Shown: one piece after another, positions 43,219 through 51,683 of the stretch
Numbering within the stretch: the stretch's first letter is position 1
How the letters are laid out: every line of letters starts with the position of its first letter
DNA from: an uncultured Clostridia bacterium
Lineage (GTDB): Bacteria > Bacillota > Clostridia > Lutisporales > Lutisporaceae
Length of the DNA stretch: 64,000 nt
Direction: 5' to 3'
Assembly: GCA_937930535.1 (NCBI GenBank)
Contig: CALGKJ010000130.1
Coordinates: 6,168-70,167 of the forward strand
Program-made: the position numbers and the translations under genes
Notes under the pieces: generated by a model
What the model was told of the DNA's origin: nothing
What the model saw: only the letters and a program-made list of their open reading frames with translations
Database searches by the model: none

Positions 43219-43902
43219 ATGCTGCCCAAAAGATATTCAAGAAATATTGCAACCATTTCTGAGGAAGAGAATCAGAGTATATGCAATAAAAAAGTCTGCG
43301 TAGTGGGCTGTGGAGGTCTTGGAGGATATGTTATAGAAATGCTTGCAAGGCTTGGAATTGGGCACATTATTGCAGTAGACGGAGATGTTTTTGAGGAATC
43401 CAACCTGAATAGACAAATATTATCGGATGTTGAATCCTTGGGAATTAAAAAGGCTTTGGCTGCAAGGGAACGTATTAAGAAGGTAAATCCATTGGTGCAG
43501 GTGGAGGCCATAACAAAAAGGCTTACTGCTGAAAATGCAAAACAAATAATTGATAACGCTGATGTAGTAGTGGATGCACTGGACAGTATAGAAACACGAC
43601 TTCTATTGGAAGCCTTTTGTCAGGAGCTTGAAATTCCTCTAGTGCATGGTGCTATAGCAGGCTGGTATGGTCAGGTTTGTACTGTTTTGCCTGGGGAACG
43701 GACTCTAAGTCGTTTTTACAAAGATAAAAGCTTAAGCGGAGTAGAAAAAAAGCTGGGTAATCCATCCTTTACGCCAGCATTGATTGCATCTATGCAGGTC
43801 AGTGAAGTCTTAAAGCTTCTTATAAAAAGGGGAGACTTATTAAATAAAAAGATACTTCTTATAGATCTGCTGAGACATGAATATGACATTATAGACTTTT
43901 AA
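43219..43902 (+). CDS. ThiF/MoeB/HesA-family E1-like adenylyltransferase
   Basis: Nucleotide-binding motif VVGCGGLGG, then DGDVFEESNLNRQ. 227 aa, paired with the MoaD-like gene. Confidence 0.85.
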   Translation: MLPKRYSRNIATISEEENQSICNKKVCVVGCGGLGGYVIEMLARLGIGHIIAVDGDVFEESNLNRQILSDVESLGIKKALAARERIKKVNPLVQVEAITKRLTAENAKQIIDNADVVVDALDSIETRLLLEAFCQELEIPLVHGAIAGWYGQVCTVLPGERTLSRFYKDKSLSGVEKKLGNPSFTPALIASMQVSEVLKLLIKRGDLLNKKILLIDLLRHEYDIIDF

Positions 43903-43907
43903 AAGAT

Positions 43908-43960
43908 AAAAACAATAGCCGCTAACGAAAAGTTAGTTCATTATGGCTATTGTTTTTTTA
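43908..43960 (+). terminator. Rho-independent terminator after the ThiF-like gene; last core-gene signal before the accessory region
   Basis: 13-bp stem AAAAACAATAGCC / GGCTATTGTTTTT with an internal mini-hairpin CTAAC/GTTAG, followed by a T-run. Confidence 0.8.
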
Positions 43961-44010
43961 TTACGATTAAAACCTAATCTGCAAATCGGCTAGGCTCAGG
44001 TACTGCGATC

Positions 44011-44032
44011 ACTTCAAAATTGAATTTTTCCA
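44011..44032 (+). repeat. Partial M1 repeat copy (ACTTCAAAATTGAATTTTTCCA)
   Basis: 22/22 identical to 48101-48122. It is followed by CTCTATAAC, which resembles the reverse complement of the M2 core. Confidence 0.75.
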
Positions 44033-44983
44033 CTCTATAACCCATTTATTAACATTATCATACTATAGGGTTTTTGACTTAAAACTTAAATTATACCAAG
44101 CTAAAAACCTAGAAGGGGAGCAATAACTAACCCATGAATAAGTTAAGTTTTATGGTTGATTCCCTATAATAGTGAATAATTATAAAAGACATGTTGCGAC
44201 CCATGGGCCTTGCGACAGTTGTATAAAATACTTAGGTATAAGTGAGTTTTTAATAAAATGTAAGTAGAATAAAAATGACAGTTTGCATAGCATACAGCAG
44301 TGCATTGAGTATGTTGTATACTTGAGCAGGATGTGACGTGCAAATCAACTAATTAATTATAGAAACTAATTACAATAATGCATTGTAGATTTCGACAAAA
44401 TGCACAAAAATGTAGCAAGTTAATATTGACATCTGTTTTTTGGTATAATATACTATCATAAATGTTAATGTTTTCCGAGTGTTATTTTTTATTGTAAATA
44501 CAAGTAATAAAGAAAATAAAATGTTATGACTAATTACTAAAATATGATATAATAAGACTCAGGTTATTTTCACTTAAAACTATAATTTGATTTCGACAAA
44601 ACCGATTTAATAAAGTATGTATAACAAAAAAAATGTTCTGTATAGTTAGTGAAGTTTGTGGATATATAGTGTAAGACAAATTAACAGTTTGTGGTTGTAA
44701 ACAAACTATAAGTTTATTTTGACATATTTGCTGCCATATCTTGATGTTGACAATATGTGAAGTATAAATATGAAAAAGTGTAGTTAAGCAGCTGATTATT
44801 TGCAGGCTCAAAAAAATTGACCATAGAAATGGAGGTGAACTGTATCGCATAATCATATGCAAATAAATCAAACTTAAGATAATGAATCAGGTGAAATTAT
44901 GCTAACCTATAAAACAGTCAGCATCAAGTAGATATAATTACAATGAATTTTAAATCAATGTAGTATTAGTAAGGGAGAGTTAT

Positions 44984-45721
44984 ATGAAGAATTACAAAAA
45001 ATTAATTATTATCATACCTGTAGTTATAATAGTATCAATAGTTGCGTTTTTAGCTTTTTTTATAGTCCAGGAAAATATTGAATATCGAAAGATGACGCCA
45101 TTAAACACACAAGAAATAATACCAGATGTATATGCAGTTAATAATGGAAACGTTAATCTTTATTTGATTAAGAACAATGAGGGATATATAGCTATTGATG
45201 CTGGTTCAAGTCCTAATGTAACTAAAAGGGAATTGGATAAGCTGGGAATCAACCCTGATGATGTAACGATGGTATTTTTAACCCATACAGATATGGATCA
45301 TGTAGCTTCTGTAAAGCTTTTTAAAAATGCCAAGATTTATATTTCAGAAGAAGAAAAGCAAATGATAACTGGTGAGACCAAACGTAAACTAATATTTGGT
45401 AATAAACTGGATTGTGAATACAGTACATTAAAGGATGGGGAAAAAATAAATTCTTCCAATACGGAAATACAATGCATATTAACACCGGGACATACTATAG
45501 GATCCGCATGCTACATAGTAAACGGAGAGTTGCTTTTTTCAGGAGATACTATAAGCTTAAAGGTTGGAACAGTAGACACATTTAATAAACCGCTGAACAT
45601 GGATACTGAAGCTCAAAAGGATAGTATCAATAAGCTTAAGCAGTTGACAAACATAAAATATATTTTCACAGGTCATTACGGTTATTCCGATAATTTCGAA
45701 AAGGCTTTTAAAGAAAATTAG
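44984..45721 (+). CDS. Membrane-anchored metallo-beta-lactamase-fold hydrolase
   Basis: N-terminal TM helix (LIIIIPVVIIVSIVAFLAFFIV). MBL motif region FLTHTDMDHV reads H-x-D-x-D-H instead of H-x-H-x-D-H. Later His residues are in TPGHT and TGHYG. Confidence 0.75.
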   Translation: MKNYKKLIIIIPVVIIVSIVAFLAFFIVQENIEYRKMTPLNTQEIIPDVYAVNNGNVNLYLIKNNEGYIAIDAGSSPNVTKRELDKLGINPDDVTMVFLTHTDMDHVASVKLFKNAKIYISEEEKQMITGETKRKLIFGNKLDCEYSTLKDGEKINSSNTEIQCILTPGHTIGSACYIVNGELLFSGDTISLKVGTVDTFNKPLNMDTEAQKDSINKLKQLTNIKYIFTGHYGYSDNFEKAFKEN

Positions 45722-45754
45722 CATTTTAATAATTCCATTATTAGTAATTGAACA

Positions 45755-45801
45755 TTAAGATTACATTACAAATAATGGAATTATTTGTAATGTAATCTTA
45801 A
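45755..45801. repeat. Perfect 22-bp-arm palindrome (TTAAGATTACATTACAAATAAT-GGA-ATTATTTGTAATGTAATCTTAA)
   Basis: I checked the arms base by base. It lies between the MBL and acyltransferase genes, and no U-tract follows. Confidence 0.85.
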
Positions 45802-45960
45802 TCTATATCACAAATGCAATTATTTATTTCGTTTGTACAATAAGTGTTTTAAGTATAAGTATTATTATTCAGTGATGGGTTTGCTTTGAAGAAGCGCATA
45901 GCAGTTCAAAGTTTATATGTTTTTCTTAAATAACAATAATCTAAATCAGAGGTGAAGAAT

Positions 45961-47226
45961 ATGAAATTAGCAATGTTATTTCCAGGCCAAGGTTCTCAAT
46001 ATGTAGGAATGGGAAAAGCCTTATGTGATCAATTTGATGTTGCACAAAGGACTTTTCAGGAAGCAAATGAAGCTTTGAATTTTGATATTCAAAAGCTGTG
46101 CTTTGAAGGAAGCATGGATGAACTAACAAAAACAGAAAACAGTCAGCCGGCTATTTTAACAGCCAGTGTTGCTGCTTTCAGAGTATATATGCAGGAAATA
46201 GGTGTTGCTCCGCATATTTTAGCAGGACATAGCTTAGGAGAGTATTCGGCTTTAGTATGTACAAACAGTATTGAATTTGCTGATGCCGTTAAAGTTGTTA
46301 GGCAAAGAGGTCTATTTATGCAGACTGCTGTTCCGGTAGGAATGGGGGCTATGGCAGCAATCAGTGGTTTGGATATAGAAACTGTCGAAAAGGAATGTAA
46401 CAAATACTCAGCCAGCGGCGATAATATCGCAAGTGTGTCTAATTACAATGCTAAAGACCAGATTGTTATCTCGGGTCATAAGCCAGCAGTTGAAGCACTA
46501 AGTGAGACCTTCGGCAAAATGGGTGCAACAGTTATTCCTTTAAAAGTAAGTGCACCATTCCACTGCTCATTAATGAAACCCGCAGCAGACAATTTGAGGC
46601 TGGAGCTGGAAAAATACACTTATAAAGATTTTACATATCCGGTAATTTCAAATGTTGAGGCTGTTCCTTATACAAGTAAGGATACAATAGTTGATATTCT
46701 AACCAAACAGGTGGTAGATGCTGTAAGATGGCATGAATCAATGAAATATCTGGCTGGCTTGGATATAGATTTTGCAATCGAAATGGGACCCAAAAATGTA
46801 TTGAAGAATCTGATGAAGAAAAATCTTAAGGAACTGACTGCTTATACATTTGACAGAGAAGATGATAAGAAAATGATAAGAAATAGACTTGCTGTCAAAG
46901 AAAACAGCAGTAACGGCGACGATAAGTTTATGGCTGTAATAACAAGATGCATGGCTGTTGCGGTATGTACTAAAAACAGTAACTGGAATAATGATGAATA
47001 TAATAGCGGCGTAATTGAACCATATAGATACATAAAACAAATGCAGATGAGCATGGAAAAGGATGGTATTAAGCCAACTAAAGAACAGGCTGAGGAAGCC
47101 ATTGATATGCTTAAATCTGTGTTTAAAACAAAAGGAACACCTAACGAGGAGCGAATTAAGAGATTTAATCAAATATTAGATGAAACTAACACAATAGAAT
47201 TTTTTGAAAGCATCATAACAGCATAA
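45961..47226 (+). CDS. Discrete malonyl-CoA:ACP transacylase-like acyltransferase with a ~115-aa C-terminal extension
   Basis: GQGSQYVGMG, active-site GHSLGEYSA, SAPFH. The FabD-like core ends around residue 300, followed by a helical extension. ATG 45961 follows GAGGTG. Confidence 0.88.
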   Translation: MKLAMLFPGQGSQYVGMGKALCDQFDVAQRTFQEANEALNFDIQKLCFEGSMDELTKTENSQPAILTASVAAFRVYMQEIGVAPHILAGHSLGEYSALVCTNSIEFADAVKVVRQRGLFMQTAVPVGMGAMAAISGLDIETVEKECNKYSASGDNIASVSNYNAKDQIVISGHKPAVEALSETFGKMGATVIPLKVSAPFHCSLMKPAADNLRLELEKYTYKDFTYPVISNVEAVPYTSKDTIVDILTKQVVDAVRWHESMKYLAGLDIDFAIEMGPKNVLKNLMKKNLKELTAYTFDREDDKKMIRNRLAVKENSSNGDDKFMAVITRCMAVAVCTKNSNWNNDEYNSGVIEPYRYIKQMQMSMEKDGIKPTKEQAEEAIDMLKSVFKTKGTPNEERIKRFNQILDETNTIEFFESIITA

Positions 47227-47248
47227 TATTTGCGATGGAGAAGTGATT

Positions 47249-47944
47249 ATGAAAAAAATAAAACTATTTTGCTTGCCTTATGCAGGTGGAACAGCAGCAA
47301 TCTATAATAAATGGAAAAAATCCGTTAACAAGCATATAGAGGTATGTCCCATTGAATTGCCAGGCAGAGGGAAGCGGTTTATCGAGCCTCTATTTCATAA
47401 TATGTCAGACGCTGTTGATGATATTTTTCATAGTGTAAGAAACTATTTAGATGTTCAGCCATATGCCTTTTTTGGTTATAGTATGGGAAGCTGGCTGGCT
47501 TATGAGGTTATACGAAAAGCACTAAAGGCAGGCTACAGACCTCCAGTACATGCATTCTTTGCTGCAAAGGATGCACCTTCTGTAGTTCGTGATAAGGTAA
47601 AAATGCATTTGCTTGAACATGATGAGTTTGTTAATAGAATTTTAAAGCTCGGAGGCACTCCAGAAGGGATATTTGAAAATGACGAGCTGATGGAGATATT
47701 TGTTAATATACTAAGAACCGACTATGAGGTTGTGGAAACCTATAAGCATTGTGCCGCTGATAATAAAATAAACTGCAATATATCAGTTTTATATGGTGCA
47801 AAGGACAGCTATCCAGAGGAGGATGTAAAAGCTTGGACTGATATTACTAGCGGAAATTGCAGCTTTACCAGTTTTGATGACGGACATTTCTTTATTAATA
47901 ATTATCAGGATAAAATAATAAATATTGTAAACACAATGTTATAG
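47249..47944 (+). CDS. Type II (editing) thioesterase
   Basis: LFCLPYAGG N-terminus, nucleophile motif GYSMGS, C-terminal His in DDGHFF. About 230 aa. Confidence 0.88.
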   Translation: MKKIKLFCLPYAGGTAAIYNKWKKSVNKHIEVCPIELPGRGKRFIEPLFHNMSDAVDDIFHSVRNYLDVQPYAFFGYSMGSWLAYEVIRKALKAGYRPPVHAFFAAKDAPSVVRDKVKMHLLEHDEFVNRILKLGGTPEGIFENDELMEIFVNILRTDYEVVETYKHCAADNKINCNISVLYGAKDSYPEEDVKAWTDITSGNCSFTSFDDGHFFINNYQDKIINIVNTML

Positions 47945-47967
47945 AGAAACAACTTCAAAATTAAATT
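47942..47967 (+). repeat. M1 repeat, copy overlapping the thioesterase stop codon
   Basis: TAGAGAAACAACTTCAAAATTAAATT. 25/26 identical to 48091-48116, which lies 149 nt downstream. Confidence 0.85.
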
Positions 47968-47975
47968 CAACTATA

Positions 47976-48020
47976 GAAAGCACTAAGTATTATATTTACT
48001 GTCCCTAATTAGTGCTTTCT
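47976..48020 (+). terminator. Hairpin (possible terminator) after the thioesterase gene
   Basis: 12-bp stem AGAAAGCACTAA / TTAGTGCTTTCT with a 21-nt loop, followed by TAAAA. The U-tract is poor. Confidence 0.4.
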
Positions 48021-48090
48021 TAAAATCATAAATGACAAACATAGTATCTTTAGCAGAATAAGTATTAACATAAATACTGTATCGTTTTGA

Positions 48091-48149
48091 TAGAGAAACA
48101 ACTTCAAAATTGAATTTTTCCAGTTGTTTGAGTTTTAGAGTTGGTTATC
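48091..48149 (+). repeat. Composite M1 + M2 repeat upstream of the FAAL-ACP-C gene
   Basis: TAGAGAAACAACTTCAAAATTGAATTTTTCCAGTTGTTTGAGTTTTAGAGTTGGTTATC. M1 and M2 are imperfect inverted repeats of each other, and AAACAACT / AGTTGTTT forms an inner 8-bp stem. Confidence 0.8.
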
Positions 48150-48231
48150 AATAAGACTGCAAAGCTGCTAAGTCATAAATCGTACAGCAATTATAAGATT
48201 TTATTATAACTGTAATTAGGGGGATAAAAAA

Positions 48232-51200
48232 ATGATCAAGCACAAGAACCTTATCGAAGCATTAGAGGGAGCACGAAAAGAGACAGAAAAAGGAATACGG
48301 TTTATTAATGGCGATAAGGACAGTACATTTGTTACTTATGAAGAATTATATCAAAATTCACTCATCATTTTAGGCTATTTGCAATCAATTGGAATAGAGC
48401 ATGGTTCTGAATTAGTATTTCAGATACAGGATAATGATCATACAATCTATATGTTTTGGGCTTGTCTTCTTGGCGGCTTTATACCAGTGCCTGTAGCAGT
48501 AGGAAATAATGATGAACACAGACTTAAACTGTTTAAAATATGGAGCTATCTAAATAATCCATATTTAGTTATAGATGCAAAGTCGCTCTCAGCATTAACT
48601 GTATACGGTAAAGAAAACAATTTAGAAAGTCAAATGGAAACAATGAAAAACAAGACTATCTATATTGAGAGTGTTTTCAACAAAAACTCAATCATTGTAA
48701 CATCAAATCAAGGCGTTATTCATATGCCGGAACCGGGCAGTATTGCCTTCATTCAATTTTCTTCTGGCTCAACAGGAGACCCAAAGGGCGTTATATTAAC
48801 TCATGAAAATCTGATAGCAAACATAATGGGGATAGTTATAGCTACAGAAACAACTAGCGACGATTCATTCTTATCTTGGATGCCTCTTACACATGACATG
48901 GGAATGATAGGTTTTCACTTAGTACCCTTAGCATTGCATATAAATCAATATCTGATTCCCACAAAACTATTTGTAAGACACCCAACCTTATGGTTAAAAG
49001 CGGTTAATGAATTTAGAGCGACATTAATAAGCTCACCAAACTTTGGCTATAGCTACCTGTTATCTCATTTTTCACAAGAAATTGCTAAAGACTGGGATTT
49101 ATCATGTGTCAGACTACTTGTTAATGGTGCAGAGCCTATTTCATATGAGCTATGTAACCAGTTCTTAGATGAAATGCTCAAATATGGTCTAAAAAGAACA
49201 AGTATGTTTACAGTATATGGTATGGCAGAAGCCTGTGTTGGAGTTGCTATGCCCCACTTAGGTCATGAATTTAAGACTGTAATGGTAGACCGAAACCATC
49301 TAGGCATTGGCGAACGTATAATAGAAATGAGTGCAGAAGATGCTAATGTTGTCGGTTTTGTCGAGGAAGGATATGCAATTGATTATTGCAGCCTTAGAAT
49401 ATGTGATGAAAAGGATAATGTTGTAGAAGACAGGGTTGTGGGTCAAATACAGATAAAGGGAGAAAACGTTACAAGGGGATATTATAATAATCCGGCGGCT
49501 ACGGAGAAAATCATTACAAAGGACGGATGGCTCAGAACTGGAGATCTTGCCTTTTTGCGTGATGGAAGTCTGGTGGTAACAGGAAGGCTTAAGGATATAA
49601 TCTTTGTTAATGGTCAGAACTTTTACCCCCATGATATTGAACGAGTATTGGAAGAGATTGAAGGCTTGGAAACAGGCAGAGTAGTAGCAGCAGGAGCTTT
49701 CAATAATGAAACTAAAGAAGAGGAAATTATAATATTTGTTTTATACAAAAAGAAGCTGGAAGATTTCTTGCCTTTAGCTTCACGTATTAAGTTACTTCTA
49801 AAAGAAAAAATTGGTCTATTTATCAGACATGTTGTTCCAATTAAGAAAGTACCAAAAACAACCAGTGGAAAGGTGCAAAGATACAAGCTGGCTGATATGT
49901 ATCAAGGAGGTAGCTTTTCAGAAGAGCTAAGCAAAATTGAGGAACTGAAAGCAGAAATTGCAGCTACGGAAAATAATGCTTTAACATATAGCGATACAGA
50001 GGAATTGGTTATTAAGCTGTGTAGAGATACCTTTAAAAATAATAATATTGATATTAATGGAAGCTTTGTTGAGCTGGGTATAAACTCACTGAAGCTTACT
50101 TCATTAGCATCAGCTATACACGAGCATCTGAATGTAGAAATTCCCTTAAAGGACATGTTTCAGATCTCAACCGTAAGGGAATTGGCAGAGTACATTTCAG
50201 ATTATCATGAGCAGAGTATATATTCATCTATTGAAGCGGTTGCAGGAAACCCTGAACATCCACAAGGCTGCTTTGAAGCATCCTCGGCACAGAAGAGGCT
50301 TTATGTAATAGATCAGATAGATACTGATACAATAGGGCCTAATACCGGCTATAATATGCCGGAAGCACTGCTTATTGAAGGTGAGCTGGATATAGCTGCA
50401 ATGGAGCAGGCATTTCGTACACTAATAAAAAGACATGAATCCCTGAGAACATCCTTTACAACTATAGACGGTGAACCTATTCAGAGAATTCATGATAATG
50501 TAGATTTCAAAATAAGCTGCTTTAAGACTACAGAGGATAAAGTAAATGATATCATGAGAGACTTTATCCGACCATTTACAATGGATGTTCCACCGCTTTT
50601 CAGAGTTGCTTTAATAGAAATAGCAGCTAATAAATATGTACTTGTACTGGACATGCATCACATCATATCTGATGGCTGGTCCGTAATGGTGCTGATAAAG
50701 GAGTTATTGCTGCTGCTTGAGGGGGAAAGTCTTCCTGATTTAGAGATTCAATACAAGGATTTTGCAGTATGGCAAAACAAGCTTTTTAAGTCGGATGAAA
50801 TGCAAAAGAAGGAAGAATACTGGCTGAAAAGGTTTGAAGTAAAGGATGGCGGTAAGCTGCCAGTACTAAACATTCCTACTGATTTTCCAAGACCTTCAAA
50901 TAAGTCCTATGAAGGCGACCGATTGGTAATAACAACCGGCAGAGAGCTGATTGATGCACTTAATAAAGTTGCAGAAATTACATCAAGTACTTTGCACATG
51001 GTAATGCTTGCAGCCTATACTATACTTCTTTCAAAATATTCGGGTCAGGAGGATATTATAGTAGGCTCGCCCATAGCTGGAAGACCTCACAAGGACTTAC
51101 AAGACATTATAGGAATGTTTATAAATATGTTAGCCAATAGAAATACTCCAAGACGTGATATGACCTTTAAAGATTTCCTAGCTGAGGTAAAAGAGAACTG

Positions 51201-51621
51201 CTTGAATACATATCAAAATCAGGAATATCAGTTTGATGAGCTTGTAAGCAAGCTTAAGGTAAAGCGAGACATGAGCAGAAATCCGTTGTTTGACTATGTT
51301 TTTGCGGTTCAAAATCTTGATATACCAGATATGCAAAATAGCAAAATATCAGTAAGACCATATGATTTTGCCTACAATATTTCAAGATTCGATATGTTCC
51401 TTTCTGTAATGGAAATGGGTGACAGTGTTAGATTCTTGCTTGAGTATTCAACTGCACTTTTCAAGAAAACAACAGCAGAGAGAATTATTAAGCACTACAT
51501 GGAAATCCTGGAACAAATCAAGGATAACGTAAATATTAGACTTGAAGATATAGTACTTAGTCATAACCTATCAACAGCTAAAAGCAATATTTTAAAATCA
51601 GATGATGATTTTGATTTTTAA
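48232..51621 (+). CDS. Lipoinitiation module: fatty acyl-AMP ligase (FAAL) - carrier protein - condensation domain
   Basis: FAAL-type motifs FSSGSTGDPKGV, WMPLTHDMGMIG, GYYNNPAAT, TGDLAF, TTSGKVQR. Carrier motif LGINSL. C-domain motifs SSAQKRLYV and HHIISDGWS. The C-terminal tail is NILKSDDDFDF. Confidence 0.9.
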   Translation: MIKHKNLIEALEGARKETEKGIRFINGDKDSTFVTYEELYQNSLIILGYLQSIGIEHGSELVFQIQDNDHTIYMFWACLLGGFIPVPVAVGNNDEHRLKLFKIWSYLNNPYLVIDAKSLSALTVYGKENNLESQMETMKNKTIYIESVFNKNSIIVTSNQGVIHMPEPGSIAFIQFSSGSTGDPKGVILTHENLIANIMGIVIATETTSDDSFLSWMPLTHDMGMIGFHLVPLALHINQYLIPTKLFVRHPTLWLKAVNEFRATLISSPNFGYSYLLSHFSQEIAKDWDLSCVRLLVNGAEPISYELCNQFLDEMLKYGLKRTSMFTVYGMAEACVGVAMPHLGHEFKTVMVDRNHLGIGERIIEMSAEDANVVGFVEEGYAIDYCSLRICDEKDNVVEDRVVGQIQIKGENVTRGYYNNPAATEKIITKDGWLRTGDLAFLRDGSLVVTGRLKDIIFVNGQNFYPHDIERVLEEIEGLETGRVVAAGAFNNETKEEEIIIFVLYKKKLEDFLPLASRIKLLLKEKIGLFIRHVVPIKKVPKTTSGKVQRYKLADMYQGGSFSEELSKIEELKAEIAATENNALTYSDTEELVIKLCRDTFKNNNIDINGSFVELGINSLKLTSLASAIHEHLNVEIPLKDMFQISTVRELAEYISDYHEQSIYSSIEAVAGNPEHPQGCFEASSAQKRLYVIDQIDTDTIGPNTGYNMPEALLIEGELDIAAMEQAFRTLIKRHESLRTSFTTIDGEPIQRIHDNVDFKISCFKTTEDKVNDIMRDFIRPFTMDVPPLFRVALIEIAANKYVLVLDMHHIISDGWSVMVLIKELLLLLEGESLPDLEIQYKDFAVWQNKLFKSDEMQKKEEYWLKRFEVKDGGKLPVLNIPTDFPRPSNKSYEGDRLVITTGRELIDALNKVAEITSSTLHMVMLAAYTILLSKYSGQEDIIVGSPIAGRPHKDLQDIIGMFINMLANRNTPRRDMTFKDFLAEVKENCLNTYQNQEYQFDELVSKLKVKRDMSRNPLFDYVFAVQNLDIPDMQNSKISVRPYDFAYNISRFDMFLSVMEMGDSVRFLLEYSTALFKKTTAERIIKHYMEILEQIKDNVNIRLEDIVLSHNLSTAKSNILKSDDDFDF

Positions 51622-51683
51622 GCTTTGCAGTCAAAGGATATGAGATTATGACACCTCAAATATTCTAATTTATGGAGGTAATT

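Noticed and set aside
44530-44871. 113-aa minus-strand ORF, the only long ORF in the 1.1 kb spacer.
   Set aside because: The sequence is low-complexity and rich in Ile, Leu, Ser and Asn, as expected from AT-rich DNA. There is no Shine-Dalgarno sequence upstream and no recognisable motif.
44829-44931. Tiny RBS-preceded ORFs upstream of the cluster (MEVNCIA at 44829, MLTYKTVSIK at 44899), considered as RiPP precursors or leader peptides for the radical SAM enzyme.
   Set aside because: At 7-10 aa they are too short. They have no leader/core architecture or Cys/Ser/Thr-rich core, and they lie 7 kb from the radical SAM gene. A leader-peptide attenuation role cannot be excluded but is unsupported.
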